A stretch of 35,684 bases of DNA from Chloroflexota bacterium (GTDB taxonomy: Bacteria > Chloroflexota > Chloroflexia > Chloroflexales > Roseiflexaceae), in contig JBJOJU010000376.1 in assembly GCA_046046485.1 (NCBI GenBank), forward strand, positions 1 to 35,684, read 5' to 3'. Positions 1-8,859 of this stretch are shown piece by piece; positions within the stretch are counted from its first letter, which is position 1, and every line of letters starts with the position of its first letter. The translations under genes were made by a program, and so were the position numbers. The notes below the pieces were generated by a model. The model worked only from the letters and a program-made list of their open reading frames with translations, searched no databases and was not told where the DNA came from.

Positions 1-32
1 ACCGGAGCGGGTTGCGCGAGGATCCGTCATGA
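1..32 (+). CDS. Possible 3' end of a VapB-type antitoxin gene (partial, runs off the left edge)
   Basis: The frame is open from the window edge (..RSGLREDPS*) and ends at TGA 30-32. This stop overlaps the vapC ATG (29-31) as ATGA, which is typical of type II TA operons. Only 10 codons are visible, so no family can be assigned. Confidence 0.3.
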   Translation, partial: RSGLREDPS

Positions 33-463
33 TGAGGTATCTGCTCGACACGAATGTGGTGTCGGAGCTGATGAAACCCACGCCGTCCGGCTCGGTGCGG
101 GCGTGGGTCGATGCGCAAGCCGACGAAACGCTCGCGATTTCGGCAATTACCGTCGGCGAATTACTCCGCGGAGTCGCGAAACTGCCGGCAGGGAGCAGAC
201 GTGAACAAATGCGGAAGATTGTCGAAACCCGACTCATCCCGCATTTCGGTGATCGTCTCTTACCGCTCGATACCGCTTGCATGACCGTGTGGGCGGCACT
301 GACGGTCAGCTGTGAGCAAAACAGTCGAACGCTACCAGCCGTCGATAGTTTCATCGCTGCGACGGCGCTGACACATCGGTTGACGTTGGTGACACGGAAC
401 ACACGCGATTTCGTCGGCACGGGGGTAGAGCTGGTGGATCCGTGGAATGTAGGTTACGGGTGA
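29..463 (+). CDS. vapC: PIN-domain ribonuclease toxin, VapC/FitB-like
   Basis: The 144-aa ORF starts MMRYLLDTNVVSEL (PIN acidic Asp). It also has the conserved VGELLRGV, VDSFIAATA and LVTRNTRDF motifs. A GAGGA RBS lies at 17-21 and the start overlaps the upstream frame as ATGA. Confidence 0.85.
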   Translation: MMRYLLDTNVVSELMKPTPSGSVRAWVDAQADETLAISAITVGELLRGVAKLPAGSRREQMRKIVETRLIPHFGDRLLPLDTACMTVWAALTVSCEQNSRTLPAVDSFIAATALTHRLTLVTRNTRDFVGTGVELVDPWNVGYG

Positions 464-475
464 AAGTTCGGGCAT

Positions 476-536
476 CACACGGAGGCGCGGAGTACACAGG
501 CAAAGAACGCAGTCATTTCCTCCGTGTCTCCGTGTG
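476..536 (+). promoter_or_regulatory. Dyad with two alternative 3' arms between vapC and the small Cys-rich gene
   Basis: CACACGGAGG (476-485) is perfectly complementary to CCTCCGTGT (519-527). Shifted by one repeat, it is also complementary to CTCCGTGTG (528-536). No T-tract follows, so this is not a classical terminator. Confidence 0.35.
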
Positions 537-568
537 AGCATGTTCGATAATCACACAGGAGCGTTTGT

Positions 569-778
569 ATGGCCATCAATTGCACCATCACCTGCCCGCA
601 CTGCGGGGCAGCGACCGAAGAGACGATGCGGGTACGGGTCATCGAGCGCGCCATCAACTGTGCCGCGTGTGGCGCGCAGATCGACGCGCCCGCCGCAGCC
701 CATTGTGTCTGGTGTGCCTACGGCGACACCCCGTGCCCAGTGGTGCAAAACGAGGGTAGCTGCAACCCGGTGCAGTAG
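569..778 (+). CDS. Small cysteine-rich zinc-ribbon-like protein resembling the GDCCVxC-domain family, with a degenerate motif
   Basis: The 69-aa ORF has AGGAG at 557-561, 7 nt before the ATG. It carries CPHC..CAAC pairs and then AAHCVWCAYGDTPCPVVQ. This aligns with the family signature GDCCVxCSYG.VPCPP as I recall it. Confidence 0.6.
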   Translation: MAINCTITCPHCGAATEETMRVRVIERAINCAACGAQIDAPAAAHCVWCAYGDTPCPVVQNEGSCNPVQ

Positions 779-800
779 GAAAAAACCCTTGGGAACGAGC

Positions 801-838
801 GGCAGGGCGTGCGAATCGCACGCCCTGCCGTTTTCTCT
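801..838 (+). terminator. Intrinsic terminator after the small Cys-rich gene, between convergent genes
   Basis: A perfect 13-bp stem pairs GGCAGGGCGTGCG (801-813) with CGCACGCCCTGCC (817-829) and is followed by GTTTTCTCT. On the minus strand the T-run is 13 nt away, so it is weaker for pepF. Confidence 0.7.
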
Positions 839-858
839 GCATACCGCTGCGGACGGAA

Positions 859-2667
859 CTAACTGAGCTTCTCGAGCTCGTCGAGCAGGGTGTCGAAGTG
901 GTCCATCGCGGCCTGGACGGGAGCGGGCGAGGCCATGTCGACCCCGGCACCGCGCAGCAGGTCGATCGACGACTTGGAAGAGCCACCGCTGAGGAAGCCG
1001 AGGTAGTTGCTGACGGCGGTGGCATCGCCCTTCTCGACGTTTTCGGCCAGCGCCAGGGCGGCCGATATGCCGGTGGCGTACTGGTAGACGTAGAAGTTGT
1101 AGTAGAAGTGCGGGATGCGCGACCACTCGAAGCCGATTTCGTCGTCGAGGGTCACCGCGGGGCCGTGGTAATCCTTGACCATCTGGTAGTAGCGCTCGGT
1201 CAGGCCGTCGGTGGTGAGCGGCTCGTCGTGTTCGGAGCGGGTGTGCATGTCGAGTTCGAACTCGGCAAACATCGTCTGGCGCACCAGGGTGCGACGGATG
1301 TCTTCGAGCTGCTGCACGACCAGGTGGCGGCGGATCGCGGCGTCGGTGCGCGTTTTCATCAGGTGCTGCACCAACAACGCCTCGTTGAGGGTCGACGCGA
1401 CTTCAGCGACGAAAATCGTGTAGTCGGCGTAATGGTACGGCTGGGTCTTGCGGGTGAAGAACGAATGCATCGAATGGCCCAACTCGTGCGCCAGGGTAAA
1501 GACGTCGTCGAGCCGGTTTTGGTAATTGAGCAAAATGTAGGGCGCCGTGGTGGGCGAACCGGTGCTATAGGCACCCGAGCGCTTGCCCTTGTTTTCGTAG
1601 ATGTCGATCCAACGCGATTCGTAGGCCATGTCGAGGGCCGCGGCGTACTCGGCACCGAGCGGGCGCAGGGCGGCGGCGACCATCTGGCAGCCTTCGCGGT
1701 AGTCGACGGCGAGCTCGACGCCGGCCTGGATGGGCGGGTAGAGGTCGTAGATGCGCAGATCGTCGAGCTGCATCAGTTTTTTACGCAGCGCGTAGTAGCG
1801 ATGCATCTTGGGCAGGTTGGCTTTGACCGTGCTGACCAGGTTGTGATAGACGGGCACCGGGATGTCGTTGGGAGCCAGTGCCGCCTCGACCGCCGAGCCA
1901 TAGCCGCGGATGCGGGCGTTGACGACGTTGCTCTTCACCCCTTGAGAGAGCGTCATCGCCAGGGTGTTTTTGTGGGCGGTGTAGGTCTTGTAGTACGTGT
2001 GAAAGGTATCTTTGCGGACGCGGCGATCGTTGCTCTCGAGGTATTTGCCGTAGCGGCCATGCGAGAGTTCGACGGTGGCGCCGTTTTCGTCGGTGATCGA
2101 GCCGAACGTCATGTCGGTGTTGTTGAGGGCACCGAAGATAGCGTAGGGGGCTGAGGTGACCTCGCCCAACTGCGCCAGCACGCCTTCGACCTCGGTCGAG
2201 CGGGTATGCAACCGGTTGCGCAGCAGCACATCGAAGTAGTAGGCCATGCTGCTGAGCGTGGCGTCGCTCGCGATCCAGCTGCGCAGGGTCTCTTCGGGCA
2301 CGGCCAAGATTTCGGGCTCGACGAAGGCTGTGGCGGCCTGGGCTTTGGCGACCATCGACTGCGCCTGGGCGTTGAGTTCTTGGCCGGCGGCATCGCCCGA
2401 ATCGCTGTCGTAGCGGCAGTGGGCATAGATGTAGAGCTGGTGGGCGGTTTTCATCAACGCCTCGCGGCCCTTGACGACGGCGACCAAGGCGGCTGCACCG
2501 TTGGCGACGGTGCCCTGCAGAGCGGTGAGCGCTGCGATGTGCCCGTCGACGGCGGTGAGCTCGGCGCGCCAGGCTGCGTCGTCGGCGTACATGAGCGACA
2601 GATCCCAGGTATCGGCGCTGGTCTGTTCGGCGCGGGTGAGGACTTTTGTGGCGTCTGGGGCGGTCAT
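859..2667 (-). CDS. pepF: Oligoendopeptidase F (M3B metallopeptidase)
   Basis: The 602-aa ORF has the HELGHSMH zinc motif within TLAHELGHSMHSFF. Family-typical length and C-terminal YATGISAA region are present. The ATG is preceded by AAAGGA. Confidence 0.95.
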   Translation of the reverse strand: MTAPDATKVLTRAEQTSADTWDLSLMYADDAAWRAELTAVDGHIAALTALQGTVANGAAALVAVVKGREALMKTAHQLYIYAHCRYDSDSGDAAGQELNAQAQSMVAKAQAATAFVEPEILAVPEETLRSWIASDATLSSMAYYFDVLLRNRLHTRSTEVEGVLAQLGEVTSAPYAIFGALNNTDMTFGSITDENGATVELSHGRYGKYLESNDRRVRKDTFHTYYKTYTAHKNTLAMTLSQGVKSNVVNARIRGYGSAVEAALAPNDIPVPVYHNLVSTVKANLPKMHRYYALRKKLMQLDDLRIYDLYPPIQAGVELAVDYREGCQMVAAALRPLGAEYAAALDMAYESRWIDIYENKGKRSGAYSTGSPTTAPYILLNYQNRLDDVFTLAHELGHSMHSFFTRKTQPYHYADYTIFVAEVASTLNEALLVQHLMKTRTDAAIRRHLVVQQLEDIRRTLVRQTMFAEFELDMHTRSEHDEPLTTDGLTERYYQMVKDYHGPAVTLDDEIGFEWSRIPHFYYNFYVYQYATGISAALALAENVEKGDATAVSNYLGFLSGGSSKSSIDLLRGAGVDMASPAPVQAAMDHFDTLLDELEKLS

Positions 2668-2711
2668 AGGAATCCTTTCTGATGTTTTCTGTAGTATAGC
2701 CGACTGGCGTC

Positions 2712-4916
2712 TCAGCGGACGGCTACCCAGTCGATGCGCACCATCAGGCGACGCATCTGGCCGGTCAGTGGGCCGCGCTGGCGGCGATAGTCGACGGCGT
2801 CGGGCACGAATGTCGGCCCGCGCAGGCGGAAGACGATATCTGCGCCCGCCGGGCGCAACGGCAGATCGATGGTCACTTCGCGCACCCGCCGGTCGTCGGC
2901 GGCGAAGCTACCGATGACGCGATTGTCGAGCCAGATGTCGATGGGGGCGCCGGCGGGGACATCGGTGGGCCAGCCGCGGCCGTCGACGCGCAGCGTCAGC
3001 GTCTGGGGCGCACCGCTGCCGGCGCCGGGCAGGCGGATCTCGGCGCCGTCGCTGCACCAGCGCAGCGTGATATCGAGCACGGCGTCGCCTTCGCCCAGAT
3101 AGCAGCCCCGCAGATAGCCCAGATCGAGGTCGCTCCCCGCATCGATGCGGTTGGTCGGCGCCGGTCGCAACCACTGCCAAGCCCACTCGACCGGGTTGCG
3201 CCGGTCGACGGTGGTGCTGCCGAACAACGCCCGGGCACTGGCCACGTCACCGCTGCTGCGGGCGGCATCGGCGCGGACCAGCTGGATTTCGACGATCTCG
3301 GGGTCGTCGGCGGGCAGCAACGCCGCTGCCGCGGCCGGGTCACCCTGCCAGCTCGCCTGCAGCGCCGCGCCGATGCGATCGAAGGGCAGCGGCAGCGGAC
3401 TGGGCAGTGGCGCACGCGGGTCACCGCGCAGCACTGCCGCGTAGGTCGCCAGATTGGCCCGCAGCAGCTGGGCGTCGCGCACCAGGGTGTTGCAGAACAC
3501 CACCGACGGCGACGGCCCAAAGAACGACGGCGCGACGCCCCACAACCCGCTGACGGGGGTCGCGGCGCAGCACCACACCACACAGGCGGCGGCGATGACC
3601 GCCCCAGCCTGCGGGTCGAGCAGCTCGCGCCAGCGCCGCTGCCAAACAAAGACCAGACACGCCGCCGCGGCGATAGCCAGGAGGGGCAGCAAGACGATGC
3701 GGAAGCGGGTGATACTGAACACCCCCGCCCCCAACAACACCGGCAGCAGCACAAACAGCAGAAACACCGCGTGTTGGCTGCGCGTCGCGCCGTCACGGCG
3801 CATCACCCACAACCCGACAATCGCGGGGAAGAGCACGATGAGGTACCAGACATCGTCGAGCCAAAACAGGAGCTGAGCGTAGCCTGCATCGACGGCGCCG
3901 ATGGTGAAACCCTTGGTGAAGCGTTCGGCGCTGCCGTAGCGGATCTGCCAAAACGCCACGAATTCGCCGGGGATGCGGGCGACGAAGGCAGCCGGGTGCG
4001 CCACGATCAGACAGAGCGCTTCGCGCGTCATGGCACTTTGGCGGGCGGCTTGGGTAGCCACTGCGCCGGGGAAGGGCGCACAGGTCGCCGCCGGCGCCGG
4101 GGCAGCGGGGTCGAGCAACGCCGCGACGTAGGCATCGGTCAATACCGAGCTCTGCTCGGGTTCGACGGCGGCGTGCGCACTCACCAGCAGGTTGTAGGCG
4201 CCGGTGGTGTCGACCATGACCAAGCCGCCGAACGTGCGGCTTGCATAGATGCTCCAGGGCAACAGAATCACTAAAAACGCCGCCAGCAGCCCTACCGTCG
4301 CTCGGGTGCGCACGCCGCTGCTGGCGCCACCGCCGTAGCGCATCCACAGCAGCAGAAAGGGCACGAATACCAGGGTCATCCCCCGCGTCAACGTCGCCAA
4401 CCCCAGCAACACCCCGATGACGACCGCCCGCAGCAGGCTCGGCTGGGCGATCTGTACCCCCAGCGAGACCCAGAGCAGCGTCAACAACAAGGTCAGGTAG
4501 ATGGTCTCGGTCAGCGCCAACAGCGGCATCGTCGCCAGGGGCAACGACACGGCGACCAACACGGCGGCCACGTTGGCGACGGCACTGTCGTGGGGCCAGA
4601 TCCGGCGGGCGATGAGCCAGACGAGCACGACGTGCGAGAGCGAGATCACGCTCTGGAATGCAGCGATCCAGGTCAACGTGCCCCCCAGGCGCAGCAACCC
4701 GGCGACCATCATCGGGTAGAGCGGCGCCCGGGTCCAGTAATAGTCGAGGTACCAGGCGAACCCGCGCCCATAGGCGAGCCATTGGGCAGCCGACAGATAC
4801 TCGCCTTCGTCCGACATCAGCGTGGTGCGCGGCAGCATAATCCAGACCGTGACGCGCAGCGCCACAGCGGCGAACAGAGCCAGCACCAGCCAGCGCAGAC
4901 GACCGAGTTGTTCCAT
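2712..4916 (-). CDS. Polytopic membrane glycosyltransferase, GT39/ArnT(PMT)-like, with a ~250-aa soluble C-terminal extension
   Basis: The N-terminus reads LMSDEGEYLSAAQWLAYGRGF (the D-E loop after TM1 typical of the PMT_2/ArnT family) and many TM helices follow. I trimmed the start to the ATG at 4916 because AAGGAG sits 5-6 nt upstream; the track ORF begins at 4973. Confidence 0.8.
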   Translation of the reverse strand: MEQLGRLRWLVLALFAAVALRVTVWIMLPRTTLMSDEGEYLSAAQWLAYGRGFAWYLDYYWTRAPLYPMMVAGLLRLGGTLTWIAAFQSVISLSHVVLVWLIARRIWPHDSAVANVAAVLVAVSLPLATMPLLALTETIYLTLLLTLLWVSLGVQIAQPSLLRAVVIGVLLGLATLTRGMTLVFVPFLLLWMRYGGGASSGVRTRATVGLLAAFLVILLPWSIYASRTFGGLVMVDTTGAYNLLVSAHAAVEPEQSSVLTDAYVAALLDPAAPAPAATCAPFPGAVATQAARQSAMTREALCLIVAHPAAFVARIPGEFVAFWQIRYGSAERFTKGFTIGAVDAGYAQLLFWLDDVWYLIVLFPAIVGLWVMRRDGATRSQHAVFLLFVLLPVLLGAGVFSITRFRIVLLPLLAIAAAACLVFVWQRRWRELLDPQAGAVIAAACVVWCCAATPVSGLWGVAPSFFGPSPSVVFCNTLVRDAQLLRANLATYAAVLRGDPRAPLPSPLPLPFDRIGAALQASWQGDPAAAAALLPADDPEIVEIQLVRADAARSSGDVASARALFGSTTVDRRNPVEWAWQWLRPAPTNRIDAGSDLDLGYLRGCYLGEGDAVLDITLRWCSDGAEIRLPGAGSGAPQTLTLRVDGRGWPTDVPAGAPIDIWLDNRVIGSFAADDRRVREVTIDLPLRPAGADIVFRLRGPTFVPDAVDYRRQRGPLTGQMRRLMVRIDWVAVR

Positions 4917-4921
4917 GTCGA

Positions 4922-4944
4922 CTCCTTTGCGTAGCGCCATTATA
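4922..4944 (-). promoter_or_regulatory. Candidate -10 box plus RBS for the glycosyltransferase gene
   Basis: The minus strand reads TATAAT (4944..4939) and then GGCGCTACGCAAAGGAGTCGAC-ATG. No convincing -35 element is present. Confidence 0.35.
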
Positions 4945-5025
4945 CGCCAGCGCGATTTGCGACACATCGTCATACGACAGCGCGTCGCAGACGCACTCGT
5001 TATACTGTGGGCACACGAGGTTCAC

Positions 5026-6072
5026 ATGCTCCGACTCGACGCTGTTTCACACACCTATGGGAAAAAAACCGCCCTGGCCGGGTGTTCGTTGGCGTTGGCA
5101 GACGGTGCCCGCGCTGCCATCATCGGCCCGTCGGGCTGTGGAAAAAGCACCCTGCTGCGGATCATCGTCGGGCTCGAAAACGGGCACACCGGCAGCGTCC
5201 ACTACCGTGGCCGCGACATCACCGCGCTGCCGACGCACGTGCGTGGGATCGGGTTGATGTTCCAAGACCACGCCCTCTTCCCCCACCTGACGGTCGCTGC
5301 CAACATCGCGTATGGCCTGTATGGGCAGCCGGCTGCCCAGATCGCCGCCCGTGTCGCCGCGCTGGCGCGTCTGTTCGACGTCGAAAGCCTGTTGCAGCGG
5401 CTGCCCGAACAGCTCTCGGGGGGCGAACGCCAACGGGTCGCACTGGCGCGCAGCATTGCCCCCAGCCCGGGGTTGCTGCTGCTCGACGAACCCTTCGCCG
5501 CCCTCGATCGCACCCTGCGCGACCGCTTTCTGCGGGAGCTGCCCACCCAACTGCAGCGCGAGGGGGTGTCGACCATCTACGTCACACACGACCCAGCCGA
5601 TGCGATGCTCGTCGCCGACACCCTGATCGTGATGCGGGCCGGGCAGATCGTGCGCCACGACACCCCCAGCGCGCTCTTCCGCGACCCACAGACGACGTTC
5701 GTCGCCGAGCTCCTCGGGTTACGCACCGCGATTGCCTGCGTGGGCACGGCGACAGAATGCACCACGGTCTATGGGGCGTTCCCCATCGCCGCGCCCGCTG
5801 CGACGCAGCTGTTGATCCGCCCCACAGCGGGCATCGACGCGCACCAGCACCCCCACAGCGACATCGACACCGTCGTCAGCGCCGTCGCACCGGGCGTGGT
5901 CTGGCCGGTGCTGACGCTCACCCACCGCGACGGCAGTGCTGCATTTACCTACGACTGGCCCTTCGGCACCCCACCGGCACCGGGGACGGCGCTGCGCGTG
6001 GCGCTGCGCCACGATTGTCTGGCTGCACTCACCGACGATACCGACGTCTCGGCCACCGGGACGTTTGTGTGA
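5026..6072 (+). CDS. ABC transporter ATP-binding protein (PotA/FbpC/CysA-like, with a C-terminal regulatory domain)
   Basis: It has Walker A GPSGCGKST, the signature LSGGERQRV and Walker B LLLLDEPF. I trimmed the start to ATG 5026 (MLRLDAVSHTYG), which is preceded by GAGG; the track ORF begins at 4822. Confidence 0.9.
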   Translation: MLRLDAVSHTYGKKTALAGCSLALADGARAAIIGPSGCGKSTLLRIIVGLENGHTGSVHYRGRDITALPTHVRGIGLMFQDHALFPHLTVAANIAYGLYGQPAAQIAARVAALARLFDVESLLQRLPEQLSGGERQRVALARSIAPSPGLLLLDEPFAALDRTLRDRFLRELPTQLQREGVSTIYVTHDPADAMLVADTLIVMRAGQIVRHDTPSALFRDPQTTFVAELLGLRTAIACVGTATECTTVYGAFPIAAPAATQLLIRPTAGIDAHQHPHSDIDTVVSAVAPGVVWPVLTLTHRDGSAAFTYDWPFGTPPAPGTALRVALRHDCLAALTDDTDVSATGTFV

Positions 6073-6120
6073 TAATGGGCGCAGATTTCCCTTTTCATTG
6101 ATACCCAGAGGAGGCGCACG

Positions 6121-6930
6121 ATGCGCGTCGGACTCGTCCAGATCAACTCCCAAGAAGACCGGCACCGCAACGTCGCCCGTGCCATCGAGCTGGTGGGCAA
6201 AGCCGCCAGCCAAGGGGCGCAACTGGTCGCCTGCCCCGAATACACGACGTTTCTCGGCCGCCCCGATGTCCAGGCGCAGCACGTCGAAGCTCTCGACGGC
6301 GAGACCGCCCAGGCGTTTGCAGCGGCTGCGCGCCAGCACAAGGTGTGGATCCACGCCGGGTCACTCATCGAGCGCAGCGGCCAACCCCACAAGAACTACA
6401 ACACCTCACTCGTCTTCAACCCGCAGGGTGAGCGCGTGGCGACCTACCGCAAGATCCACCTGTTCGACGTCGACATCGCCCCGGGGAGCTACCGCGAATC
6501 TGACACCCTGTTGCCGGGCGACGACATCGTGACCACCGACATCGACGGGGTGACGCTGGGCCTGTCGATCTGCTTCGACGTCCGCTTCCCCGAGCTCTAC
6601 CGTGCGCTCGCCCTGGCCGGCGCCAAGGTCATCGCCGTCCCGGCGGCCTTCACGGCGTTCACCGGCAAAGACCACTGGGAAGTGCTCCTGCGTGCCCGTG
6701 CCATCGAAAACCAGTGCTACATCATCGCGCCGGCCCAGTGGGGCGAGCACCCTGTCGGGCGCATGTGCTATGGCCGCAGCATGATCATCAACCCCTGGGG
6801 CACGGTCATCGCCCAAGCGCCCGACGGCGAAGGGGTGGTCGTGGCCGACCTCGACATGGCCGACCTGCAGCGCATCCGCACCGCGGTGCCGTCGCTGGCC
6901 AACCGCCGCCCCGCCGTCTACCCGCGCTGA
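6121..6930 (+). CDS. Carbon-nitrogen hydrolase family protein (Nit/omega-amidase-like)
   Basis: AGGAGG lies 6 nt upstream of the ATG. The Glu-Lys-Cys triad context is present: [15 protein letters not shown] and [12 protein letters not shown]. Confidence 0.9.
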   Translation: MRVGLVQINSQEDRHRNVARAIELVGKAASQGAQLVACPEYTTFLGRPDVQAQHVEALDGETAQAFAAAARQHKVWIHAGSLIERSGQPHKNYNTSLVFNPQGERVATYRKIHLFDVDIAPGSYRESDTLLPGDDIVTTDIDGVTLGLSICFDVRFPELYRALALAGAKVIAVPAAFTAFTGKDHWEVLLRARAIENQCYIIAPAQWGEHPVGRMCYGRSMIINPWGTVIAQAPDGEGVVVADLDMADLQRIRTAVPSLANRRPAVYPR

Positions 6931-6940
6931 TATGCGTCAA

Positions 6941-6977
6941 AGCCCCCTGCCGCAGCTGCGGCAGGGGGCTTTGTTGT
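6941..6977. terminator. Bidirectional hairpin between convergent genes
   Basis: A perfect 30-nt palindrome AGCCCCCTGCCGCAGCTGCGGCAGGGGGCT (6941-6970) is followed by TTGTTGT. The T-tails are only moderate on either strand. Confidence 0.55.
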
Positions 6978-6980
6978 CGG

Positions 6981-7979
6981 TCAGGCGTCGGGGGTGAGGA
7001 TGATTTTGCCCGCGCCCATGTTGTCTTGGTAGGCGCGCACACCGGCGGCGGCGGCGCTGAACCGATACGTCGCCGCGACCTCGGTGGTCATGCAGTCGGC
7101 CAGCGACGTCTGAATATCAACCATGGCCCGCAGGACGGTGGCCAGCCCGCGGCGCCGGATCCACTCCGTCAACCAGAAGCCTTCGACGACCCGATTGCCG
7201 AACAAGAGCGTCCCCACGTCGACCTGTACCGGCGCCAACGACAAGGCACCGTATGTCAGCACACGACCACCCCGGGGCAGCGCAGCCAGCATCGTCCCCG
7301 TCAGGGTGCCGGCGACCGCGTCGAACCCGATGGCGCAGCGCTGGGCACTACACACTTCGCGCAGCCGCGCGGCAAAATCGTCGCTGTCGCTCACCACCAC
7401 CGTTGCACCCAACGCCTCGAGTGCGGGCACGTGCTGCGCAGAGCGGACAATCGCCACGGCGGTGAGCCCACGGGCCCGAGCGGTGCGGATCAGCATGCGT
7501 CCCAACGCACTATTGGCTGCGTTGAGCAGTACCCCGGCCGACTTGCCCTGCACGGCCCGGTCGATGAGTGCCCACGCCGTGAGCGGGTTTACCAGCAACA
7601 TCGCCCCCTGGGCGTCGCTGATGCTGCGGCGCACCGGCATACAGCTCGTCAGCGACGCCACGGTGTATTGGGCCCAGGTGCCGTGCCCGCCTTGGGTGGC
7701 GACGGCGACACGACGTCCCACCAACACCGCCCCGGCCCCGCCGCCACTGGCGACCACGTCGCCGCACCCTTCGAAACCGGGAATCGTCGGCGGCTCGCGG
7801 CGCACGCCGTAGCGACCCCGCAGAAACATCAGGTCGGACGGGTTGACCGCGGCGGCACGTATTTTCACCAGCACCTCGCCCGGCCCGGGCGTGGGCACCG
7901 GCACCTCGCGCACGTGTAACCCTTCGGGGCCGTCGAACGACTCCAGTCGAATCGCCTGCATGGTCGTTGGAATGGGCAT
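6981..7979 (-). CDS. NAD(P)H-dependent quinone oxidoreductase / MDR-family zinc-type alcohol dehydrogenase-like protein
   Basis: The 332-aa ORF has PGPGEVLVKIRAAAVNPSD and an MDR-type nucleotide-binding region (LLNAANSALGRMLI). Its start codon directly abuts the upstream stop codon (7980-7982). Confidence 0.85.
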   Translation of the reverse strand: MPIPTTMQAIRLESFDGPEGLHVREVPVPTPGPGEVLVKIRAAAVNPSDLMFLRGRYGVRREPPTIPGFEGCGDVVASGGGAGAVLVGRRVAVATQGGHGTWAQYTVASLTSCMPVRRSISDAQGAMLLVNPLTAWALIDRAVQGKSAGVLLNAANSALGRMLIRTARARGLTAVAIVRSAQHVPALEALGATVVVSDSDDFAARLREVCSAQRCAIGFDAVAGTLTGTMLAALPRGGRVLTYGALSLAPVQVDVGTLLFGNRVVEGFWLTEWIRRRGLATVLRAMVDIQTSLADCMTTEVAATYRFSAAAAGVRAYQDNMGAGKIILTPDA

Positions 7980-8858
7980 TTAGGCCTCCACTGTCGATGC
8001 GACGGTCGTGACAGCCACGACGCCGTCGCGGACGGCTATCTGATACGTCGCACCAATCTGCGCGACGATGGTCCCTGGGCGCTGCACCCCACCCATCACC
8101 ACCACGGCATGCCCGATCTGCTCACGATTCCCGTCGATGACCCCAAAAACCGGGTGCCCGAGCATCTGCAGCGCCACCACCCGCCGCACATACAGTTGCG
8201 CGGGGATATCCCAGTCGAGTTCTTCGTCGTCGAGCGAAAACGGCGCGGCGTACGACGCCTGTGCCTCGTCTTGGGGGGTGCCGGTGTCGCCGCGCCACGC
8301 AGCAGCCAACCCGGCACCGATAACCCCCGAAGCCGCCAGATACATGCCGCGACCCACCAGCTCGGGGGTGATGTCGGCGGGCACCGGGCTGCTGTGTTGC
8401 GCCAAAATCGGGCCGGTGTCAAAATCGGCGTCCATCCAGTGCACCGTGGCCCCGAACACCGGCGCGCCGTCGTAGAGCGGTCGCAACGGGTTGGGCCCGC
8501 GATACGCCGGCAACAACGTAGGGTGGACGTTGATGGCCCCGTAGCGCGGGATGCGCAGAATCTCAGATGGCAGGCGAAAGGGGAACGTGTAGGTCAGTAT
8601 CACATCGGGTTCGAGCGCTTCGAGATGCGCCACCAGCCGTTTGACCCTGGTCGTCACGACGACGTCTTGGTCGTGCGGCGCTGCCGCGACAATCTCGCGG
8701 TAGGCATCCGAACGCCGCGCAGCCGGCCCGGGCGAGGTCACCACCGCCACGTGGTGGTGACCGTGGTGCCGGATCCAACCGGCGAGCCCCTGGTAGGCGA
8801 AGGGCATGCTGTTGAACGTCACGATGCGCCGGGGTCCCGGAGGGATGGGTGTGGGCAT
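7980..8858 (-). CDS. Formyltransferase family protein, Fmt (methionyl-tRNA formyltransferase)-like with a C-terminal domain
   Basis: The catalytic context INVHPTLLPAYRGPNP and HWMDADFDTGPIL (Asn-His-Asp) is present. I trimmed the start to ATG 8858 (MPTPIPPGPRRIV), which is preceded by GGGAG. The track ORF (to 9209) would overlap the upstream gene. Confidence 0.8.
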   Translation of the reverse strand: MPTPIPPGPRRIVTFNSMPFAYQGLAGWIRHHGHHHVAVVTSPGPAARRSDAYREIVAAAPHDQDVVVTTRVKRLVAHLEALEPDVILTYTFPFRLPSEILRIPRYGAINVHPTLLPAYRGPNPLRPLYDGAPVFGATVHWMDADFDTGPILAQHSSPVPADITPELVGRGMYLAASGVIGAGLAAAWRGDTGTPQDEAQASYAAPFSLDDEELDWDIPAQLYVRRVVALQMLGHPVFGVIDGNREQIGHAVVVMGGVQRPGTIVAQIGATYQIAVRDGVVAVTTVASTVEA

Positions 8859-8859
8859 C

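Noticed and set aside
569-778. Selenocysteine recoding in the GDCCVxC-like gene.
   Set aside because: The ORF has no in-frame TGA and the motif position is encoded as CAT TGT (His-Cys). No SECIS-like hairpin lies within the gene.
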